This document shows positions 28,288-37,816 of a stretch of DNA of 64,000 bases, piece after piece; position 1 is the stretch's first letter; the number at the start of each line of letters is the position of its first letter. Below the pieces are notes generated by a model. The model saw only the letters and a program-made list of their open reading frames with translations. It was not told the origin of the DNA and made no database searches. This DNA comes from Alkalispirochaeta sp. GTDB taxonomy: Bacteria > Spirochaetota > Spirochaetia > DSM-27196 > Alkalispirochaetaceae. A program made the position numbers and the translations under genes. Location: positions 2,656,001 to 2,720,000 of the forward strand of contig OZ271854.1 in assembly GCA_965601925.1 (NCBI GenBank). The letters run 5' to 3'.

Positions 28288-28362
28288 GCAAGACTCCTCC
28301 CGTACAGTAATCGGCACCTTTTGCCATTGTCCATAGCGCATTAGTGAATTATCATCGACGGT

Positions 28363-29805
28363 ATGGATTTTGCATGGGGGCTTTTCATCGATCTCGGGGT
28401 CATATCGGCGGCATTGCTTGTAGCGACGGCGATACGCCATCGAGTGCGCTTTTTTCAGCGCTATTTGATACCGAACGCGCTTACCGCCGGTTTCTTGTTA
28501 CTGCCGTTTTACAACTACGTTGCGCCGCATCTCGGATTGGGATCGGAGAACTTGGGCGAGTTTGTCTATCATCTGTTGAGTCTGTCGTTCATATCCATGA
28601 CTCTGCGCGCCCACGCGCCGCAAAAGAGTAGCGGTGACGGGCGGATATTCGCTACGACCATCGCCACCCTGTGGCAGTTCGGCGTACAGGCGGTCGTCGG
28701 GTTGGTATGCACGTACCTTCTCATGATTACGTTCATGCCCGATCTGTTTCCCGGGTTCGGCTTTCTCTTGCCCCTCGGATTCGTACAGGGGCCGGGGCAA
28801 GCGTACGCGATCGGGAGCGGATGGGCGCGTTTCGGCTTTACCGAGGCGGGAAGCATCGGACTTACCTTCGCCGCCATGGGGTTCATCTTCGCTACCTTCG
28901 GCGGTGTGTTCCTCATCAACGTCGGGATTCGTCGCAACTGGCTGACGAAGGACTTTTTGAAGGGGCTCGATACCTCGGCGGTCAAGAGCGGTATCTTTCC
29001 TTCGCGCAAGCGGCGCCCCGTCGGGGCGGAAATGACCACCGAAAGCGAGGCGATCGATTCGTTCACCTTTCATATCGCACTCGTGTTTACCGTCTACGTC
29101 GCCGCGTATCTACTGCTCCTGGCAATCACAACCGGTCTGACGCGGCTGGGCCCGCTCTTTGCCGATCTGGCGATCAATCTGTGGGGCATCAATTTCATCT
29201 TCTCCGCCCTCACCGCGATTTTGATACGGAACTTCATGCACCGTACCGGTCTGGATTTTGCGGTCGACAACAAGACGCTGACCCGCATCTCCGGCCTCTC
29301 GGTCGACATCATGGTAGCTGCGGCGATCGGCGCGATCTCCATCGTCATCGTCAGAGCGTTTCTCATTCCGATACTACTCTTGTCGATCATCGCGGGTGTG
29401 CTCGCCCTGTGGCTCGTACCGTGGTTCTGCTCGCGAATCTTCACGGACCACCAGTTTCATCGGACGATGATGATCTACGGCGTCTCCACCGGTACTCTTC
29501 CCACCGGTCTCGCGCTGCTGCGCGTCATTGATCCCGAGTTTGAGACGCCGGTCGCGAGCGATTACATGTACGCCTCAGGCATCACATTCATCTTCGCCAT
29601 TCCGTTTATCCTGTCGATCAATCTACCCGCTTACGCGGCGACGACGGGCAACATGCTGTACTTTTGGGCCGGTGTGGCGGTGAGCGGTGCATATGTGATC
29701 TTCGTGCTCGCGGCGTTTTTGATTATTGCGCGCCGGCGGGCCTTCACCAACAAGCGACACATCTGGCTACACCCTACTCGGGGTGAGGAAGCCGTCTCGG
29801 AGTAA
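28363..29805 (+). CDS. Sodium:glutamate symporter (GltS/ESS family)
   Basis: 'LIPNAL.AG', 'GFVQGPGQA', 'GLTFAAMG', 'YG.STGT..TGLALLR.IDP.F.TP'; about 12 TM segments. Confidence 0.85.
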   Translation: MDFAWGLFIDLGVISAALLVATAIRHRVRFFQRYLIPNALTAGFLLLPFYNYVAPHLGLGSENLGEFVYHLLSLSFISMTLRAHAPQKSSGDGRIFATTIATLWQFGVQAVVGLVCTYLLMITFMPDLFPGFGFLLPLGFVQGPGQAYAIGSGWARFGFTEAGSIGLTFAAMGFIFATFGGVFLINVGIRRNWLTKDFLKGLDTSAVKSGIFPSRKRRPVGAEMTTESEAIDSFTFHIALVFTVYVAAYLLLLAITTGLTRLGPLFADLAINLWGINFIFSALTAILIRNFMHRTGLDFAVDNKTLTRISGLSVDIMVAAAIGAISIVIVRAFLIPILLLSIIAGVLALWLVPWFCSRIFTDHQFHRTMMIYGVSTGTLPTGLALLRVIDPEFETPVASDYMYASGITFIFAIPFILSINLPAYAATTGNMLYFWAGVAVSGAYVIFVLAAFLIIARRRAFTNKRHIWLHPTRGEEAVSE

Positions 29806-29863
29806 CGATCGCGTTCTTCGATGTGGTACCGTCGGTCCCGGAACGGTCGCATCGGCGGAGAGG

Positions 29864-30289
29864 CTACCGCGTCCGCTCCTCAAACGTCCTAAAGGGCATG
29901 GGAAGCAGGTCGGCGAGGGTCAGGGTGCTCCGAACGGCGACGGTGTCCGCCGAATGGATCGCAAGCGTCTGGGGACAAAACTCCTGCAGTACTTGTAGGC
30001 ACAGCGCGCACGGCACGACCGGCGGATCGTAGTCGCTCACGACTACCAGGTTCTCGATCTCTACCCGGCCGTAGGCGGCGACGATTGCGGCTATTAGGTT
30101 GCGCTCGGCGCACACGGTCGCGCCCAAGCTCACGTTTTCTACGTTGCAGGCGCTGACGATCGTATCCGTGCCTGCGATACGGGCCGCAGCTCCTACACGA
30201 AATCCGGAGTACGGTGCATACGCATTGAGTCGCGTTTCGCGAGCGCGTTCATAAATTGCTTGAATCTCCGTCTCATTGGGCACATTCAT
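29864..30289 (-). CDS. cdd: Cytidine deaminase
   Basis: 'NAYAPYS.F.VGAA', 'CNVEN.S.G.TVCAER', 'PC..C.Q.L.EF', 'LLP..F'. Confidence 0.93.
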   Translation of the reverse strand: MNVPNETEIQAIYERARETRLNAYAPYSGFRVGAAARIAGTDTIVSACNVENVSLGATVCAERNLIAAIVAAYGRVEIENLVVVSDYDPPVVPCALCLQVLQEFCPQTLAIHSADTVAVRSTLTLADLLPMPFRTFEERTR

Positions 30290-30378
30290 ACTCGACTCCA
30301 GTGTACCTTCGGCCCGTTATGTCGTCAATTCCGCTCAACGGGAGGGCGTCTTTCGCCGACATACTCAAAAGGATCAAA

Positions 30379-31539
30379 ATGATGGACTGGTATCGAGGGT
30401 TCACGCGTTGGGTCAAACACTCACAGTACGCCAAGCCGACCGTATTCTTTCTTCTCATATTCTTTGCCACCGGGCTGTTCGTTCTGGTATTCGAGTTCGG
30501 CGAGAACGACCAGTTTCAGACGCTCTTGGACGGATTGTGGTGGTCGATCATTACCTTCAGTACGACCGGCTACGGAGACAAGGTACCCATCACCTTCGCC
30601 GGACGGCTGGTTGCGGTTCTTACGATTCTGTTCGGCATCGGCGGAACCAGTCTGTTATCCGGCGCCTTGGCGTCGTGGCTCGTAGATCGGAACAATATGG
30701 CGAGGAGAGGATTGATGGACTATCGTAAGTTGAAAGACCATCTTGTCATCTGCGGATGGAAAAACGACATGAAGGAGATCCTGCTCGATATCCTGCGCGT
30801 CTCCGCCGATCTCACCGCGGATCAGCTGCTTGTCATCTCCAACGTCGAGTCCGAACGTATTGAAGAGCTCAAAGAGGACGACAACCTTACCGGCTTGAAG
30901 TTCGTGCGCGGCGACTACTTCGCCGAGGCGGCGCTCAGGCGGGCCAACGCACCGGCCGCGCGCAAGATACTCATCCTCGCCGACTCGTTGGAGAGCCAGG
31001 CGGCGAGCGAGGTCGACTCGAAGACGGTAATGACGGTCCTTACGATCAAGGCGATCTCCCGAGACGTGTACGTGACCGCCGAAGTACTCGATAAGAAGTA
31101 CGAGAGTTACCTCAAACAGGCGATGTGCGACGAGATACTCTTTAGTCGGGATTTCGGGCGGCAGATGTTGGCGAACACCAGCGCGACCAACGGAATGAGT
31201 CATATCATATACGATTTGCTCACCCAGTCGGGCGGTACCTCGCGTCTATCGACCGAGTCGATTCCGTCCGACGCGATCAATAAAACCTACGCCGATCTCA
31301 AAGGGCACTTCCAGGGACCCAATCGGATACTACTCGGTGTCCTTGAGAACACCGGCAGTCCCAATCGCATGAAGGTCGAAGCGCTTCGGGATGCGCAAAA
31401 GACTTCCGACGTATCCAAGCTGATCACCAATTTACAGAAGGTGAAGGGGCTTGAGGTAAACAAGCCGGTCTTTCTCCCCGAAGACGACCATCCGATTCAG
31501 CGGTATACACAGGCGATCGTGCTGGAGCGTCTGGTATGA
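30379..31539 (+). CDS. Two-TM potassium channel with RCK (TrkA_N) domain
   Basis: Selectivity filter 'TFSTTGYGD..P.T..GR'; RCK 'DHLVICGW', 'FVRGD', 'D.KT.M.VL.IK'; AAGGA RBS before ATG 30379. Confidence 0.9.
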   Translation: MMDWYRGFTRWVKHSQYAKPTVFFLLIFFATGLFVLVFEFGENDQFQTLLDGLWWSIITFSTTGYGDKVPITFAGRLVAVLTILFGIGGTSLLSGALASWLVDRNNMARRGLMDYRKLKDHLVICGWKNDMKEILLDILRVSADLTADQLLVISNVESERIEELKEDDNLTGLKFVRGDYFAEAALRRANAPAARKILILADSLESQAASEVDSKTVMTVLTIKAISRDVYVTAEVLDKKYESYLKQAMCDEILFSRDFGRQMLANTSATNGMSHIIYDLLTQSGGTSRLSTESIPSDAINKTYADLKGHFQGPNRILLGVLENTGSPNRMKVEALRDAQKTSDVSKLITNLQKVKGLEVNKPVFLPEDDHPIQRYTQAIVLERLV

Positions 31540-32051
31540 GTGCGTCCCGTACCGACGATCACGCCAACGCAATTCTGGATAAGCTCAAGCAGATCCCGAT
31601 ATTCGAGGAGATCAGAGATAACGACGAGTTCATGCACGAGCTCCACGGCATCTGCCGACTCAAGAAGTTCCGCTCGGGAGAGGTGATCATTCGCGAGGGA
31701 GATCTCGGAAGCGAAATGTATGTCGTGTACTCGGGGGCTGTGGAGATCAAGAAGTTGACCCGTGCCGGCGACGATTACACGGTCGTCATTCTCAAGGCGG
31801 AATACAACGTATTCTTCGGCGAGTTAGCCCTGATCGACGACGACAAACGGTCCGCCACGGTGATCGCCACCGAGGACTCGGAGTTTCTCGTGATATCCAA
31901 AGAGGACTTCACCCGCCTGGGCGATAACTATCCCTCTATCGGACTCCCGGTTACGCGCGCCATCGCCAAGATTCTCGCATCGCGTCTCAGAAAGACGACC
32001 GGCGACATGCTGACGATTTTCGACGCTCTGGTGAGCGAGATCGAAGACTGA
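31536..32051 (+). CDS. Stand-alone cyclic-nucleotide-binding domain protein
   Basis: 'IIREGD.G..MY.V.SG.V', phosphate-binding cassette 'FFGELALID...RSATV.A'; no HTH; ATGA overlap with the channel gene. Confidence 0.9.
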   Translation: MSASRTDDHANAILDKLKQIPIFEEIRDNDEFMHELHGICRLKKFRSGEVIIREGDLGSEMYVVYSGAVEIKKLTRAGDDYTVVILKAEYNVFFGELALIDDDKRSATVIATEDSEFLVISKEDFTRLGDNYPSIGLPVTRAIAKILASRLRKTTGDMLTIFDALVSEIED

Positions 32052-32064
32052 TCGCGGCACGGTC

Positions 32065-32820
32065 TCAACGGCGTATGCGGGCGTATACGTCACCCGACGG
32101 GCCGTCGTCCGGGATCTCCGCCAGATAGTCGCGAAGCTCGCCCGCATCCCACCAACGATCCCGCATTACCAAGCGCAAATCCTCGCCCAACGAAAAGTTG
32201 TACTCGTAGCGTACTCGGTGAGTCGACGCAAGGCGCTCGAGACGCACCGCAGCGCGCAATGCCACGTCCCGGTCGGCCGGTAAGAATTCAAAGCTTAGAG
32301 ACGGCAACGCGTGCGATAGGCCGGCCAACACTTCGTCCTCGCTTCCCTCCACGTCGATCTTGACGAAATCGGGCGTTCCGAAGCGCTCCACCAGTGCGTC
32401 CAACGTCGTCTGCGGCACCGTCGCCGTGTCGGTAAACGCAATGTGCTCCCACCCGGCCTTATCCGGGGCCGCGGCGGCCCACTCCGAAGAGGTGGTCGCC
32501 ACCGTCGGGTTACCCTCGCAGAGAAAAAGGCGTGTGGTTCCGACCTCGGCGCCGACGGCCGACGCGATCACCTCAACGTTTGGATTTCGCGAAAAAACGC
32601 GTGTGAGAAAGGCCGCGAGCGGGGGTTGCGGTTCCAGCGCTACGACTCGTGCGCCGAGTGCGGCAAAGGCGCGGGTGCGATTGCCGACATGGGCGCCGAT
32701 GTCGACGGCCAATCCACCGGCGGGTACGAACGAGCGATAGTGGTCGCGAAGTGCTCTGAACTTTCCGGGTTGCCCGTGGTAGATGACGAGGGAGCGCAAA
32801 AGGCCCAGAAACGCTCTCAT
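32065..32820 (-). CDS. FkbM family SAM-dependent methyltransferase
   Basis: 'VDIGAHVG', 'ALEPQP', 'TLD.L....G.PDFVKIDVEG.E..VL.G'. Confidence 0.9.
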   Translation of the reverse strand: MRAFLGLLRSLVIYHGQPGKFRALRDHYRSFVPAGGLAVDIGAHVGNRTRAFAALGARVVALEPQPPLAAFLTRVFSRNPNVEVIASAVGAEVGTTRLFLCEGNPTVATTSSEWAAAAPDKAGWEHIAFTDTATVPQTTLDALVERFGTPDFVKIDVEGSEDEVLAGLSHALPSLSFEFLPADRDVALRAAVRLERLASTHRVRYEYNFSLGEDLRLVMRDRWWDAGELRDYLAEIPDDGPSGDVYARIRR

Positions 32821-32844
32821 GGGAGGCTCGATGCAGCGATACGG

Positions 32845-33372
32845 CTACTGCGATGGGGCACCGCGCGCCTCGAGTGCCGGAGCGTGGAACACATAGTCTC
32901 TGAAACGCTCCATCGCATTGCCGGCGCCGTACGGATGCGTCTCATTGGCATTGGCGTGACAGGTGACGCAGAACTCTTCCTGAAGAATGGTTTCGGCACC
33001 CGTGGAGGGATTGCGGGAGATCCAAATCCACCCTCCACGGCTGCGCGGATCGTCGGGCGCCTTGACCATGCCGGCCATCGATACCGGCTCGGCATCCTGT
33101 GGCGGGTCCGGTTCGGCATATATCTCTTTGATGAATGTCGTACCGGTCGGATAGGTTATCGAGCCGTCCTCGGCCATATTCGTCTCAAAGCCTTCGTCGT
33201 CGACAAAGATGCGACGGAGGCCGGCGCCGTGCCCCGGTACCGGAAAGTTAAGCGTCACGTTGGTGCTCTGTCGCCAGCCGCGGTAGTCGACGTCGAGGAG
33301 CCTCTCCTCCTCGGTCGGCGTGCATCCGGCGGCCACGGCGGCCAGCGCCAACACCGCTACGGTTCGTTTCAT
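32845..33372 (-). CDS. Cytochrome P460/c'-beta family lipoprotein
   Basis: Lipobox AAGC; 'DYRGW', 'RIFV', 'YP.GT.FIKE', 'MVK', 'GGW.W', C-terminal heme motif CVTCH, 'DYVF'. Confidence 0.75.
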   Translation of the reverse strand: MKRTVAVLALAAVAAGCTPTEEERLLDVDYRGWRQSTNVTLNFPVPGHGAGLRRIFVDDEGFETNMAEDGSITYPTGTTFIKEIYAEPDPPQDAEPVSMAGMVKAPDDPRSRGGWIWISRNPSTGAETILQEEFCVTCHANANETHPYGAGNAMERFRDYVFHAPALEARGAPSQ

Positions 33373-34823
33373 GGTGTATCCTCCGAGTCGCCGTCGTCGT
33401 CGGGCATGGCGGTTAACTTAAAGACCCGCAGCGCCTCGGCCTTTCCCTTTACCTTCATACGGAACGGTCCTTCGAGCGAAGCGCCGCGTTCCGTGAGGCT
33501 GCTGCGCACGATATCACTGACGAGAATCTCGCCGCGCGCCGCGCCGCTGCACAGCCGGGCCGTCACGTTGACGTTGTCTCCGACCGCCGTAAAATCGGCG
33601 CGGCGGCGGCCACCGATCGCGCCCACGACGACCGAGCCCGAGTTAATGCCGATACCCACGTGGAGGCCCCGGTAGCGCTCCTCGTCGGCACCTTCGAGCA
33701 TCGTCTGGATCGCGGTCGCCGCTCGGGCGGCCCGTACGACACCGTCTTCTCCGCTGAAGACCGCGACGATCTCGTCGCCGACGTACTTATCGATATCGCC
33801 GCCGAACCGTGCGATAACCTCACTTTGGTCGCCCAGAACGGAGTTGAGCGTATCGACGACCGTTTTGGGATCGTTCCGTTCGGTAAAGGCGGTGAAGCCG
33901 CGAATATCGCTGAACAGGAACGTAAGCTCCTCGCTGCGACTCTCCTGCGCTCCGCCGAGGGAGGCGATGGTCGAACCGGAGACGAACCGCGAAAGGACGA
34001 ATCGCTCGTAGAGCCCCTCCACCATACGATTGACCGTGGCACTCAGCGCACCGAGCTCGTCGTTGTTGCGCACCGTGCTGCGGCGATCGAAGTTCCCCAT
34101 GGTGACCTGCTCGCACGTTGCGCCGATCTCCCGAAGGGGAAGAATGACCTGCCGACGCAGGTAGCGTGACATCAGAAAGCCGACGACCGTCACGAGCAGC
34201 AGAAAGGTACCGGAAGCCGAGACGATCGCCGTGCGTTGTCGGGCGATACTTTCACTGATATCGGATCGAAGCTCGATAACGCCGCGAATCGTGTGGTCGG
34301 AGCCGTGACACACCGTGCACTTGGGAAGATTGAGCAACGGCTGGAGATATTGAATGGTGGTGGTGCCGTCGACTTCATCCTGGAATATCGCCGTTCTCAC
34401 CGGCCTCGAGGTCGCTTGGGCAAATCGTTCCGTGTCGGCGAACGGTGGAGCCATGGTCTCACTCGTCCCTTCGGCCCGTCGGGCAAAGAGGGGAAAATCG
34501 AGCTCACCATTGACGATATCGATCGTTTCGCTGTCGGAGAACGCCGGCGTGCCGTCGGTCCTATACAGATAGATCCGTAGACGCGGATCCAAGTCGCCGA
34601 TGCCCTGAAAGTAGCTCACGACCAACGGCGCCTCGCCGGGCATCATGAGTTGCTCGATCGCCTCGTAGACGATACCCGACTCCTGCTCGAGGGCCGAGCG
34701 AGTACTCTCGTCAATGGTCTCCGCGAGGGACCATCCAAGATAGACGGTAATCGAACCGATACCGATCGTGAGAGAGACGAGAATCAACAAGTTGACCTTG
34801 AACGTGATGGGGACCGACCGCAT
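33369..34823 (-). CDS. Class III adenylate cyclase with a periplasmic CxxCH (heme c) domain and HAMP
   Basis: Two TM helices around a domain containing 'PKCTVCH'; HAMP 'DELG.L....N.M'; 'LFSDIRGFT', 'DKYVGDEI', 'GIGINSG.V..G.IG...R.DFTAVGDNVN.TAR'. Start 34823 (ORF track gives 34862). Confidence 0.9.
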   Translation of the reverse strand: MRSVPITFKVNLLILVSLTIGIGSITVYLGWSLAETIDESTRSALEQESGIVYEAIEQLMMPGEAPLVVSYFQGIGDLDPRLRIYLYRTDGTPAFSDSETIDIVNGELDFPLFARRAEGTSETMAPPFADTERFAQATSRPVRTAIFQDEVDGTTTIQYLQPLLNLPKCTVCHGSDHTIRGVIELRSDISESIARQRTAIVSASGTFLLLVTVVGFLMSRYLRRQVILPLREIGATCEQVTMGNFDRRSTVRNNDELGALSATVNRMVEGLYERFVLSRFVSGSTIASLGGAQESRSEELTFLFSDIRGFTAFTERNDPKTVVDTLNSVLGDQSEVIARFGGDIDKYVGDEIVAVFSGEDGVVRAARAATAIQTMLEGADEERYRGLHVGIGINSGSVVVGAIGGRRRADFTAVGDNVNVTARLCSGAARGEILVSDIVRSSLTERGASLEGPFRMKVKGKAEALRVFKLTAMPDDDGDSEDTP

Positions 34824-34913
34824 ATGTGTGTGCCTTTGTATAAAGGGTACGGCCACATACACGGTTGGTCAAGCGGCCCGAAGAACTACTCCCAGAGCTC
34901 GCTTCGCCGTCGC

Positions 34914-36137
34914 TCAGCGTAGCGTATCGACGATTCGCCGTATCGCCCGCTCCACGTTGTCGCGGTCGTTAAAGGCGCTGATGCGAATGAATCCCTCGCC
35001 GGCCGGTCCGAACCCCGCGCCCGGCGTTGTGACGACGCCCGCGGTATTCAGTAACTCGTCGAAGAAGTCCCACGACGGGCGTCCCGCCTCAACCCAGACG
35101 TACGGCGCATTTCGTCCGCCGTAGCACGCGAGTCCCGTTTTCGCGATGCCCTCGCGTATGATGGACGCGTTTTCCAGGTAGTAGTCCGACAGTTCCGCGA
35201 TCTCTCGACGTCCCTCATCGGTGTAGATCGCCGCCGCCGCGCGTTGAATGGGGTACGAGGCGCCGTTGAATTTGGTGGTGTGTCGCCGCATCCACAAATC
35301 ACGTACGCTGTGCTCCCCCCCGTCGGCGCCCGCCGCCTTTAACGCGCGCGGCACCACCGTAAAGGCGCACCGCATGCCGGTAAATCCGGCGGTCTTCGAG
35401 AAGCTGCGAAACTCGACGGCACACGTCTCGGCTCCCGGTATCTCGAAGATCGTACGCGGAATCGACGGGTCGCGAATAAATTCGACGTACGCGGCGTCGA
35501 AGAGGAGCAGTGCCCTATGCTCCCGCGCATAGTCGACGTAGCGTTGGAGCTCTTCGCGCGTCGCCGTGGCGCCGGTGGGATTATTGGGAAAACACAGGTA
35601 CACCAAGTCGGTCGGTCGCGACGGTGGGGGCGGCACGAAGCCGTTTTCGGTAGTCCCTACCATGTACGTCATGCCCTCGTATCGACCGTCGCGAAACGCA
35701 CCGGTTCGGCCGGCCATGACGTTGGTATCCACATAGACCGGGTAGACCGGATCGGGGACCGCAACGGTGAGCGACTGTGAGAAGAGCTCCTGAAAGTTGC
35801 CGGTATCGCATTTGGAACCGTCGCTCACGAAGATCTCATCCGGCGTTACTTCGACGCCCCGTGAACGATAGTCGTTCTCGGCGATCGCATTGCGGAGAAA
35901 CTCATACCCCTGCTCGGGACCGTATCCGCGAAAGGTCCTCTCGTTCGCCATCTCGTCCGTCGCGGCGTGAAGCGCTCGGACCACCGCCGGGGTGAGCGGT
36001 CGGGTCACGTCGCCGATGCCGAGTTTGATCACCTCGTTATCGGGGTTCGCCTCCTGATACGCGCGAACCCGCTTTGCGATGTCGGTGAACAGGTACGAGG
36101 AGGCCAGTTTTGTGTAATGCTCATTGATTCGTATCAT
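34914..36137 (-). CDS. dapL: LL-diaminopimelate aminotransferase
   Basis: 'SYLF', 'LGIGDVT.P', 'GYGPEQGY', 'VSDGSKCD', 'DPVYPVYVD', 'CFPNNPTG', PLP lysine 'SFSKTAGFTG.R', 'TKFNG', 'TPG.GFG..GEG..R.SAF'. Confidence 0.95.
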   Translation of the reverse strand: MIRINEHYTKLASSYLFTDIAKRVRAYQEANPDNEVIKLGIGDVTRPLTPAVVRALHAATDEMANERTFRGYGPEQGYEFLRNAIAENDYRSRGVEVTPDEIFVSDGSKCDTGNFQELFSQSLTVAVPDPVYPVYVDTNVMAGRTGAFRDGRYEGMTYMVGTTENGFVPPPPSRPTDLVYLCFPNNPTGATATREELQRYVDYAREHRALLLFDAAYVEFIRDPSIPRTIFEIPGAETCAVEFRSFSKTAGFTGMRCAFTVVPRALKAAGADGGEHSVRDLWMRRHTTKFNGASYPIQRAAAAIYTDEGRREIAELSDYYLENASIIREGIAKTGLACYGGRNAPYVWVEAGRPSWDFFDELLNTAGVVTTPGAGFGPAGEGFIRISAFNDRDNVERAIRRIVDTLR

Positions 36138-36177
36138 CCCTTGTCTCCGCCGGACAAAATACGCAATAGTAGCCGCC

Positions 36178-36672
36178 ATGGAAAGAGTCGAGGCCGGACG
36201 GTACGATTTCGATACGCTCCTGGAGCGCTGTCGGGGCGAGCTCAAACGGGGTGACGAGCGCGGAGTCGGCCTCCAGTTGGTGTGCGACTTTCTACAGCGC
36301 GAGGTCGCACACTACGATTGGTTCGGTTTTTACATCGCGGTGCCCGCGGAGCGTATGCTCGTCCTGGGGCCCTATCAGGGCGAGGCGACCGACCACGTGC
36401 GCATTCCCTACGGTCGCGGCATTTGCGGTCAGGCGGCGGAGCGCGAACAGACGGTCCTCGTCGACGACGTACGCGCCGAGAGCAACTATCTGGCGTGTAG
36501 CCTGCGGGTACGAAGTGAGATCGTCGTGCCGGTCTTTCGGTCCGGGGAGGTTGTGGCCGAAATCGACATCGACTCGCATAGACCCGCGGCCTTCGGTGCC
36601 GACGACCGCACCTTTCTGGAGTCCCTCGCGGTAGACGTCGAACCGTTCATTCCCGATCTCTCCGGCGAGTAG
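36178..36672 (+). CDS. GAF-domain protein, free methionine-R-sulfoxide reductase (MsrC/YebR)-like
   Basis: 'YDW.GFY', 'LGPYQG', 'I.YGRGICG', 'NYLAC...SEIVVP', 'IDIDS'. Confidence 0.8.
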   Translation: MERVEAGRYDFDTLLERCRGELKRGDERGVGLQLVCDFLQREVAHYDWFGFYIAVPAERMLVLGPYQGEATDHVRIPYGRGICGQAAEREQTVLVDDVRAESNYLACSLRVRSEIVVPVFRSGEVVAEIDIDSHRPAAFGADDRTFLESLAVDVEPFIPDLSGE

Positions 36673-36747
36673 GGTGCTCCGGCCCGCGTAGTTTCGGCGG
36701 TGGGAGACGATCGGCCGGTACGCCTCACCGTATCGAGACGCGATCGC

Positions 36748-37767
36748 TCATCGAGCGCCGATCCACATCAAAAAAAGCGTCATATAAATCGGAAAGAGGA
36801 CGATGTAGGCGCCGTAGGCGGTGATCATCGTAATCCCGACCTCGTCGTGATTGCGCCCCGCCCGTCCCGCCATCACACTGAGATTACTCGCGGTAGGAGT
36901 ATGAAACTCGAGGAACAACACCCACAGAATGGGAATCGGTGCGCGGGCCAGACCGTCGGTCGACAGCATAACGGCCCAGAAGGCGGCCGGGAGTGCGAGA
37001 AGTCTCACGACGGCGGCCGTCGTACCGACCGCAGCCAGGGCCCGGCGACTGTCGGAGGAGGGTGTGATTCCGGCTATAAGCCCGCCGAGTGTGACCAGCA
37101 CCAACGGAACGGTGACCTCCGACAGACGTTCCAGAGCTAATGCCGCGTAGTACCACAGAGTCCCTTGAGTCTCCATGAGCGTACCGAGACCGGTGGCCGA
37201 AGCGATGAGCCCCCCGAAAATTCCGATGACCGGAGTCGATATGAGGTGACCCGCTTTGAGGCGCCCCGTGCCGCCCTGCACAAGCCAATTCCCGACCGAC
37301 CACAAAAGAGGGCTGAGAAAAAAGACGTACGCCCCGATGTACAGCGGCGGAAGGGGGCCACCGAGAACCTCGCCGAACACCGGAAGGGCGGCCGGGAGCA
37401 GCTCGTGAATCGAGAGTGGAAGGTAGCCCGCATTACCGAATCCGCCCGAGGCGACGCGTACCCGTTGGACGCCGACGTCCAGGTCGCTCCATGTTGTACG
37501 CGTCATGATCCAGCTGAACGCGATGCCCAACGCGACGTGAAGGACCGCCGCGACGGGGAAGAGACCCGCTCCCGGCAGCGCCGACAAGTCTACGCGCGAA
37601 ACGCGTACAAAAAAATAGAGCGGCAGCGTAACCGAGGCGACGAACCGACTGATCGAACGTACGAACGCTCCTTCGGAGCCTTCACGGCGGCCGTAGAAAA
37701 AGCCGATGCCGGCGGGAATGACGAGTTGAATCATCGTGAACAGGACGGCCCGAATAGTTGTGATCAT
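36748..37767 (-). CDS. AEC (auxin efflux carrier) family transporter
   Basis: 'V.LP..FF', 'FGNAGYLPL', 'VPL.LV.LG', 'VRLL.LP', 'PTA'. Confidence 0.8.
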   Translation of the reverse strand: MITTIRAVLFTMIQLVIPAGIGFFYGRREGSEGAFVRSISRFVASVTLPLYFFVRVSRVDLSALPGAGLFPVAAVLHVALGIAFSWIMTRTTWSDLDVGVQRVRVASGGFGNAGYLPLSIHELLPAALPVFGEVLGGPLPPLYIGAYVFFLSPLLWSVGNWLVQGGTGRLKAGHLISTPVIGIFGGLIASATGLGTLMETQGTLWYYAALALERLSEVTVPLVLVTLGGLIAGITPSSDSRRALAAVGTTAAVVRLLALPAAFWAVMLSTDGLARAPIPILWVLFLEFHTPTASNLSVMAGRAGRNHDEVGITMITAYGAYIVLFPIYMTLFLMWIGAR

Positions 37768-37816
37768 CGTCGGTAAGACTACCCGGCAATCGGGATATAG
37801 ACCATACGACCGTCGC

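Noticed and set aside
32443..33675. Long alternative ORFs (this 410-aa one; also 20587..22071, 46594..47991, 60825..62162, 62219..63889)
   Set aside because: Antisense shadows of well-supported genes, expected in high-GC DNA; no motifs.
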